This document shows positions 1 through 9,318 of a stretch of DNA of 36,746 nt, piece by piece. The notes below the pieces were generated by a model, which worked only from the letters and a program-made list of their open reading frames with translations, did no database searches and was not told the DNA's origin. Source of the DNA: an uncultured Candidatus Saccharibacteria bacterium (GTDB lineage Bacteria; Patescibacteriota; Minisyncoccia; Phycocordibacterales; UBA918); NCBI GenBank assembly GCA_964350985.1, contig CAYGLK010000001.1:52272-89017 (forward strand), read 5' to 3'. The stretch's first letter is position 1. Each line of letters begins with the position of its first letter. The position numbers and the translations under genes are program-made.

Positions 1-1
1 C

Positions 2-757
2 CGAGTTATGACATCAGGCAAGAACGAATCAAATCTGATGTCTCAAAAAAATAATTACCAAGGCGGGATGAATATTTTTGGAAATGTTGGTATCGGTACT
101 TCTACACCGTCTGAGAGACTTCATGTTATCGGTAATATCAGGGCAAGCAACTTACTTGGAGGGGTGAGTACACTTAGTACAGATGTAAATGGAAACATTA
201 TCCGTACTCCATCAGACGAAACTTTGAAAAAAAATATTAATAACATTGAAAACGCTCTTGATACAGTTTTGTCACTTCGAGGTGTTAGTTATGATTGGCT
301 TGATACTGAGCGCTTTGGCTCTTCAACTGAGATTGGATTCTTGGCCCAAGAAGTAGATGTTGTCTTGCCAGAAGTAGTCCGAAAGGGAGGTGAATACTGG
401 TCACTTAATATCAGTAACATGGTGGCTGTGGTAGTTGAGGCTATCAAAGAGCTTTATCAAAAGGTGATGGCGACAGACGCGAGAGTAGATGAGCTTGAAC
501 TAAGAGTGCAGCAGCTGGAAAGTCTATTGCAGCAACAAAATAACTACACACCACCACCGACTCCACCTCCTCCAGAACCAGATCCGGAACCACTGCCTGA
601 AGAAAATCCACCAGAAGAAGAAAGTGAACCTCCCGTAGAAGAAGATCCGCCAGCACCTCCTCCTGAACCAGAACCAGAACCAGAACCTGAGCCAGAACCT
701 GAGCCAGAGCCAACACCACCTCCTGCACCAACTCCTAGTCCTGAAACCAGTCCTTGA
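2..757 (+). CDS. C-terminal part of a fibre/adhesin protein with peptidase S74 (intramolecular chaperone) domain, coiled coil and Pro/Glu-rich tail; 5'-partial
   Basis: GNVGIGTSTP repeat motif, then SDETLKKNI...LRGVSYDW...IGFLAQEV...P..V...AIKEL, the S74 chaperone signature. The frame is open to the window edge. Confidence 0.85.
   Translation, partial: RVMTSGKNESNLMSQKNNYQGGMNIFGNVGIGTSTPSERLHVIGNIRASNLLGGVSTLSTDVNGNIIRTPSDETLKKNINNIENALDTVLSLRGVSYDWLDTERFGSSTEIGFLAQEVDVVLPEVVRKGGEYWSLNISNMVAVVVEAIKELYQKVMATDARVDELELRVQQLESLLQQQNNYTPPPTPPPPEPDPEPLPEENPPEEESEPPVEEDPPAPPPEPEPEPEPEPEPEPEPTPPPAPTPSPETSP
665..712 (+). repeat. Coding hexamer tandem repeat (GARCCW) encoding (EP)n
   Basis: gaaccagaaccagaaccagaacctgagccagaacctgagccagagcca read directly. 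Confidence 0.9.
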
Positions 758-919
758 TTCCATAAAACAGACAACTTTAGCAACTAAATGACCTAATATA
801 TGAAATAAATAACAATAAAGTCGAAAAAGTAGATAGGTTATCAACAAAGACGGTACAAGAGGAATTAAAAGTGAACAAATATTGGTACAATTATTATATA
901 AAACATTAGAAATATACTT

Positions 920-1615
920 ATGAACTCAAAACATTATTTATCGGCAGCAACACAATCAATGCTGACTACGAGCCTTATCGTTGCTTTAGTAGCCGCTTTA
1001 TTTTTCACTATCGAACCAAAAATCAGTCGAGCAGTAGATAGTGGACCGTTTACTATCAAGCAAACAATCACTGACGAGATTTCATTTTTAGTTGATGCTG
1101 CGAATGTCTCTATGGTTGGTCCGCTACAAGGTATTACTGGAGGTACAGCCAATGGTTCAACTACAGTAGTAGTACAGACTAACAACGCACAGGGATACAC
1201 AATGACAATTGCTTTCTTCGATAATGGTACGCCACAAACTATGCTTGGTGATGTTTCATTAAGTGAAGCTATTAGAGATTATCCAGCTACTTCGAGTCAA
1301 CCAACTTTTCTCTTCTCAACTGCTAGTACCTCTTCTGTATTTGCTTATACAGTTAGTGCCAACGACAGTAGTGACTTAGATCCGTCTTTCTTAGATAATG
1401 GCTCTGCTTGTAATACTGGTAGCGGATTTACGACAGAACGATGTTGGATGGAGCCTCAAACTAGTGCTTTCCAAATAATCGATCGTGATGTTGATGCCGG
1501 TACTGGGGCGACTACGACTATTCATTTCCGTGTATATGTACCAAATAACCCAACTCCAGCTGTAACAGAAGACGTTTACACCGCCACTGCCACCTTGACG
1601 GCACTAAACCAATAG
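920..1615 (+). CDS. Secreted WxL-like cell-surface protein (paralog 1)
   Basis: N-terminal hydrophobic signal, TVVVQTNNAQGYTMTI, a Cys pair, and C-terminal DVYTATATLTA strand. Adjacent to a DUF916-like gene. Confidence 0.6.
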   Translation: MNSKHYLSAATQSMLTTSLIVALVAALFFTIEPKISRAVDSGPFTIKQTITDEISFLVDAANVSMVGPLQGITGGTANGSTTVVVQTNNAQGYTMTIAFFDNGTPQTMLGDVSLSEAIRDYPATSSQPTFLFSTASTSSVFAYTVSANDSSDLDPSFLDNGSACNTGSGFTTERCWMEPQTSAFQIIDRDVDAGTGATTTIHFRVYVPNNPTPAVTEDVYTATATLTALNQ

Positions 1616-1660
1616 ATGTACTGTAGTCACTATATGACTGCTGTAGTCTCTAAAAACTTG

Positions 1661-2698
1661 ATGCAAAAAATATTTTTAACTATAGCTCTACTAGTATTTC
1701 CGGTACTGGCTTTTGGTCAAGAAGATTTTATTGCACCGACAACTACTGACTCAGGTGCTAGTGAAGTTTCTACTACAACTGTTCAACTCGTAGAAACCAT
1801 AGCTACAAATTGGTTTGAAGTAGAACAACTTCAGGGTTTGATTGACCAAGGAGATTTCGTGGTCGGCCCGGGCCGGGCTGAGATTGAAGTGAAGCCAGGG
1901 CAAACAGTAGTGTATCCAATCTCAGTGACAAACCGAATTAGTGACGGCAGAGTCTTCGACCTGACTGTTGAAGATATGGCTGGTTCTGAAGATGGTACTC
2001 AGGCAGTAATCTTGCTAGGAGAAGAGAGAGGGCCGTATACAGTTAAGGATTATATTACTTTCCCTGAAGACTTCTTTACTTTGGATCTTGGAGAAAGAGC
2101 ACAAATACCAGTGACCATCAGTATCCCAGAAGACGCTGAACCTGGTGGATATTATGGAGGGGTTTTAATTTCAACAGTGAGAACTAGTGAAAATGAAGAA
2201 GGTTCAACTCAACCACGATCACCAATCATCGCTAGAATCGGTACTCTATTTTTCATTACAGTTCCCGGAGCGGTAGAGACCGAAGGAGAGACTAAAACTA
2301 TCACTCAAACTAGTGGACGTTCTTGGTATGAAAAGGGACCAATTGGTTTTAATATACTTTATGAAAACAAAGGATCAGTACACCTCAATCCTTACGGTGA
2401 ATTAAGAATTAAAAATATTTTTGGCGAAGAGGTAGGCTTTCTTGAATTGGAGCCATGGTTTGTTTTACCAAAGTCGGTTCGTTCTCGGGATATTGTTTGG
2501 GACAGGGAATTATTATTTGGACGTTATACCGCGACTGCTTATATAAATAGAGGCTACGGTGATGTTGTTGATGAGGTCAGTACTACCTTCTGGGTTTTGC
2601 CGTGGAAAATATTTGGTGCGCTATTTGTATTTATCTTTGTAATTATGTTTGCTTTTAGAGCTTTCTTTAGAACTTTCGAGTTTAAAAGAAAGTCCTAA
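1661..2698 (+). CDS. DUF916/DUF3324-like (WxL-interacting type) membrane-anchored surface protein
   Basis: Signal peptide, VGPGRAEIEVKPG, IPEDAEPGGYYGGV, ENKGSVHLNPYG, GRYTA, C-terminal TM plus basic tail. Start uncertain (1616, 1634 or 1661). Confidence 0.7.
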   Translation: MQKIFLTIALLVFPVLAFGQEDFIAPTTTDSGASEVSTTTVQLVETIATNWFEVEQLQGLIDQGDFVVGPGRAEIEVKPGQTVVYPISVTNRISDGRVFDLTVEDMAGSEDGTQAVILLGEERGPYTVKDYITFPEDFFTLDLGERAQIPVTISIPEDAEPGGYYGGVLISTVRTSENEEGSTQPRSPIIARIGTLFFITVPGAVETEGETKTITQTSGRSWYEKGPIGFNILYENKGSVHLNPYGELRIKNIFGEEVGFLELEPWFVLPKSVRSRDIVWDRELLFGRYTATAYINRGYGDVVDEVSTTFWVLPWKIFGALFVFIFVIMFAFRAFFRTFEFKRKS

Positions 2699-3471
2699 TG
2701 TTTATGAATAGTTCTTTCTTCAATAATTTATTTCTCCAATCACTTACTTTAACTTTACTAACCATCACAACCATTGCTGTTAGTGATGCTGAGGTGCGTA
2801 GTAGTAATAGTTACCAATTACAGAGCGATAGCGTTAACTTTGGTGGTGGTCTATCTGAATCTAATAATTACTCACTTGAGAGTACGGCTGGAGAAGTGGC
2901 AACTGGTTTGTCTGACAGTCCTAGTTATAGTTTACGAGCCGGCTACCAGCAAATGCAGGAAGTCTTTTTGAGTATTACAACCGCACCCGATGTGGTGATG
3001 AGTCCAGATATTGGAGGTCTTACTGGTGGGGTAGCTAATGGTTCAACTTCAGTGACGGTTTTAACCGATAGTCCAGGAGGGTATCAGCTATCAATTATTT
3101 CTGAGAACGATCCAGCAATGCAGAATGGGGCAGACACAATCGCTGATTATATACCTGTAGCTGCGCCGGATCCGGACTATACTTTTAATACCACAGCAAC
3201 CCAAGCTCATTTCGGATTTTCTCCTGAAGGGAATGATATTACTGAGCGCTTTATGAATGACACAAATGATTGTGCTGTCGGAACAAATAAAACCCCACTT
3301 ACTTGTTGGGACGGCTTGTCTACTACTAATAAACTTATTGCACAAGGACTATCAAATCAGCCTTTAGGCACAGTAACAAAGATTAACTTCAGAGTTGAGC
3401 TCGGTAGTAATGTTGCTGTTCGTGGCGGGGATTATGTTGCTACCACAACTTTGACAGCCTTACCTTTATAA
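2698..3471 (+). CDS. Secreted WxL-like cell-surface protein (paralog 2)
   Basis: GLTGGVANGSTSVTVLTDSPGGYQLSI, C..G......CW and GDYVATTTLTA align with 920..1615. TAATG overlap with the upstream gene. Confidence 0.6.
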   Translation: MFMNSSFFNNLFLQSLTLTLLTITTIAVSDAEVRSSNSYQLQSDSVNFGGGLSESNNYSLESTAGEVATGLSDSPSYSLRAGYQQMQEVFLSITTAPDVVMSPDIGGLTGGVANGSTSVTVLTDSPGGYQLSIISENDPAMQNGADTIADYIPVAAPDPDYTFNTTATQAHFGFSPEGNDITERFMNDTNDCAVGTNKTPLTCWDGLSTTNKLIAQGLSNQPLGTVTKINFRVELGSNVAVRGGDYVATTTLTALPL

Positions 3472-5057
3472 TGTTTTCACTTACTTTCAGATTTAAATCT
3501 AGTTTAAGCAACGGTTTTTTATCCTTAGTTGTTGGTCTTTTTTTATTTATTCCAGTTCAGAACGCTTTTGCTATTGACGATGAATTTAATATAAAAGTCT
3601 TGGTGGGTGAAGATCTGGTTCCGCCAACGACACCAGTTTTATTATCGGTAGATCCAGTAGCTCCAACGCAAATTGATATTACTTGGAGTGTTTCTACAGA
3701 TAACGTGAGCTTGGCTGGATATGTACTTTTGCGTGACAGTGTAGCGATAGCTACTACAACGCTAAATACTTTTATCGATACCGGCTTATTACCAGAGACT
3801 TTGTATAGTTATGAAGTCTATGCTTTTGACACTTCTTTTAATATTTCGACTACCTCCAATGCTTTAGCGACAACTACGCCAGCAGTACCAATAATTCCGG
3901 TAGTGGAAGATAATGGGTCTACTGAAAGCACCTTAGTTTTTCGCCTACTTGATTTAGAGATAAAACCAGAATCAAACAAAGTCTTCTTTGATTGGCGAAC
4001 AAGTCAACCGTCACGTTTTTTACTGAGGTGGGGCAAGAGTGATAGTTACGATGCTGGGTATATTTCTGGAAATACCTATAGGTCAATTCATAAGACAGTG
4101 ATTGATAATTTGGAACCCGGTTCAGTCTATGTTTACGAGCTGATTGGTTATAACGCTCAGGGTCTTAGTGTCGTTTTGAAAAAAGGACAGTTTAAAACTC
4201 TTGGTTTTCAGTCAGCTTCGCCAACTAACGTAAAAAATTTAGCTGCTAGAGTGGAAGGAGATAATGTCTTCTTGTCTTGGATATTGCCAGAGAATATCGG
4301 AAATGGAAAAGTAAGGATTCTTCGTAGTCACTTAGGTTACCCAAACGACATCTATGCTGGCGCGGTTGTCTATGAAGGCAAGGCTAGTAATTTTTTAGAT
4401 AGGGAGGCTTTTAGTACTGGTGTACGTCAGTTTTATACTGTCTTTGTAGTGGCAGAAGATGGTTCTGTTTCATCAGGTGCCGTAGCACAAGCATTACAGA
4501 CAAACATTTTAGGTGAAGACCCAGAGGAGCCGTTTAATGAGCCAGAAGTCGAGCTGGCTAACTATGATTTCAAGAGAGAAAATATTCAAATCTTCCAAGG
4601 GAGTAATAGTTTTGATTTTACTAGTGACGAAATAAACCTTAACGCCACAGAGTCTTTTTTACTTAGTATCCCAGCTGACTCAATTCCGAATAACCTTAAA
4701 TCAATCGTAGTGACAATTATTGATCCAACAAACCCAAAGCAGAGCTATTCTTTTTTACTTCGAATCAATAAAGAGAGAACTGCTTATGAGGCGTCTATCG
4801 CAGCTTTAAATTTAACCGGTTCGTCTAGGCTACAGATTGAGATATTTGATTTTGAACAAAATATTGCAGCTAGGTATCGTAAGCCAGTAAATTTTACTTG
4901 GTCGGGGAATAACCCTAACGTCATCTTTCCAGACAAGATTGTTAGCTCAGTCTTACCGCTGATTGTCCCAGCACTGTTTGCTTTTGCTTTACTCCTTTTA
5001 GTTACATTCCTTTTTCTTTTGTATCGGCGTCGCTCTAGAGCTGAGGATAATATTTAG
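3471..5057 (+). CDS. Fibronectin type III repeat surface protein with C-terminal TM anchor
   Basis: PPTTP..L...ITWSVSTDNV..AGY...DTGLLPETLYSYEVYAFD, then further FN3-like units (LEPGSVYVYEL; SPTNVKNL...LSW). TM followed by RRRSR. TAATG overlap. Confidence 0.8.
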   Translation: MFSLTFRFKSSLSNGFLSLVVGLFLFIPVQNAFAIDDEFNIKVLVGEDLVPPTTPVLLSVDPVAPTQIDITWSVSTDNVSLAGYVLLRDSVAIATTTLNTFIDTGLLPETLYSYEVYAFDTSFNISTTSNALATTTPAVPIIPVVEDNGSTESTLVFRLLDLEIKPESNKVFFDWRTSQPSRFLLRWGKSDSYDAGYISGNTYRSIHKTVIDNLEPGSVYVYELIGYNAQGLSVVLKKGQFKTLGFQSASPTNVKNLAARVEGDNVFLSWILPENIGNGKVRILRSHLGYPNDIYAGAVVYEGKASNFLDREAFSTGVRQFYTVFVVAEDGSVSSGAVAQALQTNILGEDPEEPFNEPEVELANYDFKRENIQIFQGSNSFDFTSDEINLNATESFLLSIPADSIPNNLKSIVVTIIDPTNPKQSYSFLLRINKERTAYEASIAALNLTGSSRLQIEIFDFEQNIAARYRKPVNFTWSGNNPNVIFPDKIVSSVLPLIVPALFAFALLLLVTFLFLLYRRRSRAEDNI

Positions 5058-5117
5058 TGTCCTTAAGTCCGTTTACCGTTATAGTATAAGGAGTTAGTAT
5101 TAATTTTTATTGTATAT

Positions 5118-6140
5118 ATGGTTCGTGTAGCAATTAATGGTTTTGGACGTATTGGTAGAACTTTCTTTAGATTGGCTTTTGGTAATCCAAATTTTGAAGT
5201 AGTGGCCATGAACGACCTCGGTGACTTAGATAACTTGGCGTATCTTTTGAAGTACGACTCAGTTTATGGACGAAGTCCTTTTTCGGTGGAAGTAAAAGAC
5301 GGAAGTATTTTTGTCGACAATAAAAAAATTAATTTCACTCAAGAACGAGAACCAAATAAATTACCTTGGAAGGATCTAGGGATTGATATCGTGGTTGAAT
5401 CAACGGGTTTCTTTACGACTTATGAAGGAGCGAAACTTCATCTAGACGCAGGAGCAAAGAAGGTAGTGATCTCAGCACCAGTGAAAGGTGACCCGGCGGC
5501 TGTTGGTGTGACTGGAGCGACTGTGTTGATGGGTGTAAATGATGACCAACTTAAGACTTGCCAGATTTCTTCAAACGCTTCTTGTACCACAAATGCTACT
5601 AGTCCACTGATTGCAATCCTAAAAGAGAGTATTGGTATTGAAAAGGCAGTTCTAAATACCGTGCATGCTTATACAGCTTCTCAGTCTTTGGTAGACGCAC
5701 CTAGTAAGAAAGATAAGAGGGCAGGACGTTCAGCTGCTCTTAATATTGTTCCTAGTACTACTGGAGCAGCGATCGCTACTACACTAGCGCACACTGAGTT
5801 GGCAGGAAAGTTTGATGGTATTGCAATGCGTGTGCCTGTACCAGTTGGATCTATCGTTGACGTTACTTTTATCGCTTCGCGCGATACTACTGTTGAGGAA
5901 GTAAATGAAGCTCTCTCTAAAGCAGCCGCTGATCCTAGATGGACTAATTTGTTTGCTGTTACTGACGAGGAGATTGTTTCGACAGATATTATCGGTTCAA
6001 GAGTCGGTTCTATCGCTGACCTGTCATTTACAAAAGTAGTTGGAGGAAATCTAGTCAAAGTACTTTCTTGGTACGACAACGAAACATCATACACTCAGAC
6101 ATTGGTAGAGCATGTAACTAAAGCAGCAGAGTCAGTCTAA
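5118..6140 (+). CDS. gap: Type I glyceraldehyde-3-phosphate dehydrogenase
   Basis: AINGFGRIGR, SNASCTTN active site, SWYDNE. Confidence 0.98.
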   Translation: MVRVAINGFGRIGRTFFRLAFGNPNFEVVAMNDLGDLDNLAYLLKYDSVYGRSPFSVEVKDGSIFVDNKKINFTQEREPNKLPWKDLGIDIVVESTGFFTTYEGAKLHLDAGAKKVVISAPVKGDPAAVGVTGATVLMGVNDDQLKTCQISSNASCTTNATSPLIAILKESIGIEKAVLNTVHAYTASQSLVDAPSKKDKRAGRSAALNIVPSTTGAAIATTLAHTELAGKFDGIAMRVPVPVGSIVDVTFIASRDTTVEEVNEALSKAAADPRWTNLFAVTDEEIVSTDIIGSRVGSIADLSFTKVVGGNLVKVLSWYDNETSYTQTLVEHVTKAAESV

Positions 6141-6149
6141 TTATCTAAA

Positions 6150-6638
6150 ATGAGTTCATCTTTAACCAATAAGAAAATTCATCTTGCTTCAGACCATGCT
6201 GGTTTTGAGCATAAAGAAGAAATTAAGACTTGGTTAAATGGATTGGGCTGCCAGGTTGTGGATCATGGAGCTGCTCACTATGATGCGGAGGATGATTTTC
6301 CTGACTTCATCAGTTTGGCAGCCAAGGCTGTCAGTCTAGATCCAGAAGGAAGTTGCGCGATTATTTTTGGTGGTTCAGGGCAAGGGGAGGCCATGATGGC
6401 AAATCGTTTTACAAACGTTAGAGCCACAGTCTTTTATGGTGGCGATAAAAACATCATTAAGCTCTCACGTGGTCATAATAACGCCAATGTACTTTCTATC
6501 GGAGCTCGCTTCGTTTCAGTGACTGACACTAAGTTAGTAATTGAGGATTGGCTAAAGAGTGACTTTTTAACTGATGAGAAATACCGACGACGCAATCAAA
6601 AGATTGAACGCATTAGTAAAGAAAATAGAAATTCATGA
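6150..6638 (+). CDS. rpiB: Ribose-5-phosphate isomerase B family
   Basis: ASDHAGF, DDFPD, GGSGQGE, SRGHNNANVL. Confidence 0.93.
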   Translation: MSSSLTNKKIHLASDHAGFEHKEEIKTWLNGLGCQVVDHGAAHYDAEDDFPDFISLAAKAVSLDPEGSCAIIFGGSGQGEAMMANRFTNVRATVFYGGDKNIIKLSRGHNNANVLSIGARFVSVTDTKLVIEDWLKSDFLTDEKYRRRNQKIERISKENRNS

Positions 6639-7282
6639 TTCCTATTATTCCAGCCATTATTCCTAAGTCTCAAACTGACTTACAAGAAAACTTAGCCAGA
6701 CTTTCTTTTTCTCAGGAAGTGCATGTTGATGTAGTAGATGGGAAGTTTGTTTCTCAGGTATCTTGGCCTTATGAACCTAGGGGGGAGGAGAGCGATATAA
6801 AAAGTGAGACTGACAAATTTACCCTAGAGGTAGATTTGATGGTAGAAGATCCTTTGACTGCTGCAGAAGCTTGGGTAAAGGCAGGAGCTGACATGTTAGT
6901 TTTTCACACAGAACATATCTCCCCAGAAGCTTTCAAAAGATTTTGTGATACGACTTCTGTTTCGGTTGGTATCGCTGCTGTTAATGACACCTCGCTTGAA
7001 ACACTAAAACAATACCTAGACGCAGCTGATTATTTACAACTGATGGGTATTGCTAAAGTAGGAGCCCAAGGGCAGCCTTTTGATGAGAGGGTTTTAGACA
7101 GAATCAAAGAGATAAAAAGCCTGCTACCAAATACCCTGATTTCGATTGACGGGAGTGTAAATAAAGACACTATTAAGCTACTAGCTGAGGCAGGAGCTGA
7201 TCGGTTTATCTGTGGTTCAGCTATTACTGGAGCTGAAAACCCAGCTGAGGCTCATGCCGCTTTATCTAAGTTGATTAACTAA
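6635..7282 (+). CDS. rpe: Ribulose-phosphate 3-epimerase
   Basis: HVDVVDGKFV, EVDLMV, GAQGQPF, IDGSVN, GSAI; pentose-phosphate gene context. Confidence 0.9.
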   Translation: MIPIIPAIIPKSQTDLQENLARLSFSQEVHVDVVDGKFVSQVSWPYEPRGEESDIKSETDKFTLEVDLMVEDPLTAAEAWVKAGADMLVFHTEHISPEAFKRFCDTTSVSVGIAAVNDTSLETLKQYLDAADYLQLMGIAKVGAQGQPFDERVLDRIKEIKSLLPNTLISIDGSVNKDTIKLLAEAGADRFICGSAITGAENPAEAHAALSKLIN

Positions 7283-7333
7283 CACTCAAACTCTACACGT
7301 TAGCAAACGCAGCTGTTATACTAAAAAAGTTAT

Positions 7334-8230
7334 ATGAACTACCTGACATCAAAAGAAGTAAAATCTTTAGAGCTTAAAGCCAATCAAATCCGCCAAAGTA
7401 TTATTGAAATGCTGGTAGCTGCTGGTAGTGGTCATACCGCTGGGCCACTCGGAATGGCTGATATTTTTACGCTGCTTTACTTTAAGATTTTGCAGCACGA
7501 TCCTAAGAATCCAGATTGGGCTGATCGGGACCGTCTGATACTCAGTAACGGACATATTTGTCCAGTCTTATACGCTACGATGGCTCACGCTGGGTATTTT
7601 CCGGTAGAGGAACTTTTGACACTACGAAAGTTTGGTTCAAGACTCCAAGGCCATCCGCATCGGCAATCTCTCCCAGGTTTGGAGAATAGTTCTGGACCTC
7701 TAGGTTCGGGCATTTCTCAGGCTGTCGGTATGGCTTTAGCTGAAAGAATTGATAATCCTTACTCTTCAAAATACTTCTACTGTCTTATTGGCGATGGAGA
7801 AATGAACGAAGGACAGATATGGGAAGCCTTACTTCAAGCCGGAAAAGAGAGACTGCATAACTTGATTGTGATTGTTGATCGTAATGGAATTCAAATTGAT
7901 GGTTATACCAAAGATGTGATGCCGCTAGAGCCACTAGCAGAAAAGCTTGAGTCATTTAACTTTGATGTTCAGGAAGTAGATGGTCACAATATCAGAGCCG
8001 TGAACGATGCTGTCTTAAAGGCTCAAGCTGTCTACGGTCAGCCTTCAGTTATTATTGCTCATACAATTGCTTCAAAGGGTGTGGACGTCTTCGAAAGAGA
8101 TTTTAGGTGGCACGGTAATCCTCCAGGTAAAGGTCCTGAAGATCGGGTTCCAAAAAATAAACAAGCTGAAGTAGCTTTAGAAAAACTTAGGACTCTAGCT
8201 GGACTAATTGCAAAAGAAGATCTCTCTTAA
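7334..8230 (+). CDS. Transketolase N-terminal subunit
   Basis: GSGH, DRDRLILSNGH, LQGHP, GDGEMNEG TPP-binding motif. Confidence 0.95.
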   Translation: MNYLTSKEVKSLELKANQIRQSIIEMLVAAGSGHTAGPLGMADIFTLLYFKILQHDPKNPDWADRDRLILSNGHICPVLYATMAHAGYFPVEELLTLRKFGSRLQGHPHRQSLPGLENSSGPLGSGISQAVGMALAERIDNPYSSKYFYCLIGDGEMNEGQIWEALLQAGKERLHNLIVIVDRNGIQIDGYTKDVMPLEPLAEKLESFNFDVQEVDGHNIRAVNDAVLKAQAVYGQPSVIIAHTIASKGVDVFERDFRWHGNPPGKGPEDRVPKNKQAEVALEKLRTLAGLIAKEDLS

Positions 8231-8256
8231 AAATTAATTTTTATTAACACACTATT

Positions 8257-9243
8257 ATGTTAGCTTCACACTTAGATAAAAATTTTGATACACCGGAGAT
8301 GTCATCTGTACCAAGCCGTAATGGTTATGGTGATGGTTTGCTCGAAGCTGGGAAGCGAGACGTTAATGTTGTCGCTCTAGCAGCGGACTTAACTGAATCA
8401 ACCAGAACCCATATCTTTGCTGATGCTTTCCCAAATCGTTTTATCCAGATGGGTATTGCTGAACAAAGTATGGCGTCAGTAGCTTCGGGTATGTCAGCGA
8501 TGGGTAAAGTGCCTTTCATTGCTTCATACGCGATGTTTTCTCCAGGAAGAAACTGGGAGCAAATTAGAACAACAATTGCTTATAACGACAGTAATGTAAA
8601 AATTATTGGCGCTCATGCCGGAGTGTCTGTTGGTCCTGATGGAGCAACACACCAAGCGATCGAAGATATTGCTTTGATGCGAGTGATCCCTAATATGATC
8701 GTTATCGCGCCGGCTGATGCTCATGAGGCTCGTAAAGCCGTCCTGGCTGCAGCTAAGCATCAAGGCCCAGTCTATATTCGTGTAGGAAGAAGTAATACTC
8801 CTGTAGTAACCACCGAGGAGTCACCGTTTAAAATCGGAAAAGCAGAAGTGATGTATACCGCTAAAGAAGGTTTGGATAATAAAGTTGGAATTGTTGTTAC
8901 TGGTACATTTTTATTTAATGCTATTAAAGCCGCTCAAGCCTTGGAAGAACAAGGGATTGGCGCAACTGTTCTTCATATGGCAACCATCAAGCCTTTAGAC
9001 AATGAAGCTCTGTTAGAGTTGGCTAAATCAACCAAAGGGATTGTTACTGTAGAAGAACACCAAAAAGCAGGTGGACTCGGAAGTGCTGTTAGTGAATACT
9101 TAAGCGAGGTACATCCAGCGAAAGTAGTGCGGGTTGGGGTGGATGATCAGTTTGGTCAATCAGGTGAACCAGACGAGTTGGTAGAGCACTATGGTATGGG
9201 AGTTGGTTCTATAGTTGAGGCTGGAAAGAAAGCTGCAGAATAG
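8257..9243 (+). CDS. Transketolase C-terminal subunit
   Basis: ADLTEST, GIAEQ, GPDGATHQ, EEHQKAGGLG. Confidence 0.95.
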   Translation: MLASHLDKNFDTPEMSSVPSRNGYGDGLLEAGKRDVNVVALAADLTESTRTHIFADAFPNRFIQMGIAEQSMASVASGMSAMGKVPFIASYAMFSPGRNWEQIRTTIAYNDSNVKIIGAHAGVSVGPDGATHQAIEDIALMRVIPNMIVIAPADAHEARKAVLAAAKHQGPVYIRVGRSNTPVVTTEESPFKIGKAEVMYTAKEGLDNKVGIVVTGTFLFNAIKAAQALEEQGIGATVLHMATIKPLDNEALLELAKSTKGIVTVEEHQKAGGLGSAVSEYLSEVHPAKVVRVGVDDQFGQSGEPDELVEHYGMGVGSIVEAGKKAAE

Positions 9244-9266
9244 GAAGGAAAGATTTTTATAGAAAT

Positions 9267-9308
9267 AAACAAACCCCGCGAGACTTTAGTCTCGCGGGGT
9301 TTGTTTTT
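9267..9308. terminator. Bidirectional intrinsic terminator
   Basis: aaacaaaccccgcgagact-tt-agtctcgcggggtttgttt between convergent genes. Confidence 0.9.
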
Positions 9309-9318
9309 AGGTTAACCT

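Noticed and set aside
444-847. Minus-strand ORFs with GS-, W- or VL-rich repeats
   Set aside because: Antisense shadows of the Pro/Glu repeat.
2-5057. Prophage tail module
   Set aside because: No capsid, terminase, integrase or lysis genes; the neighbours carry signal peptides and TM anchors.
7334-9243. Split transketolase as a pseudogene or frameshift
   Set aside because: Two-subunit transketolases are common, and both halves have intact motifs and their own starts.
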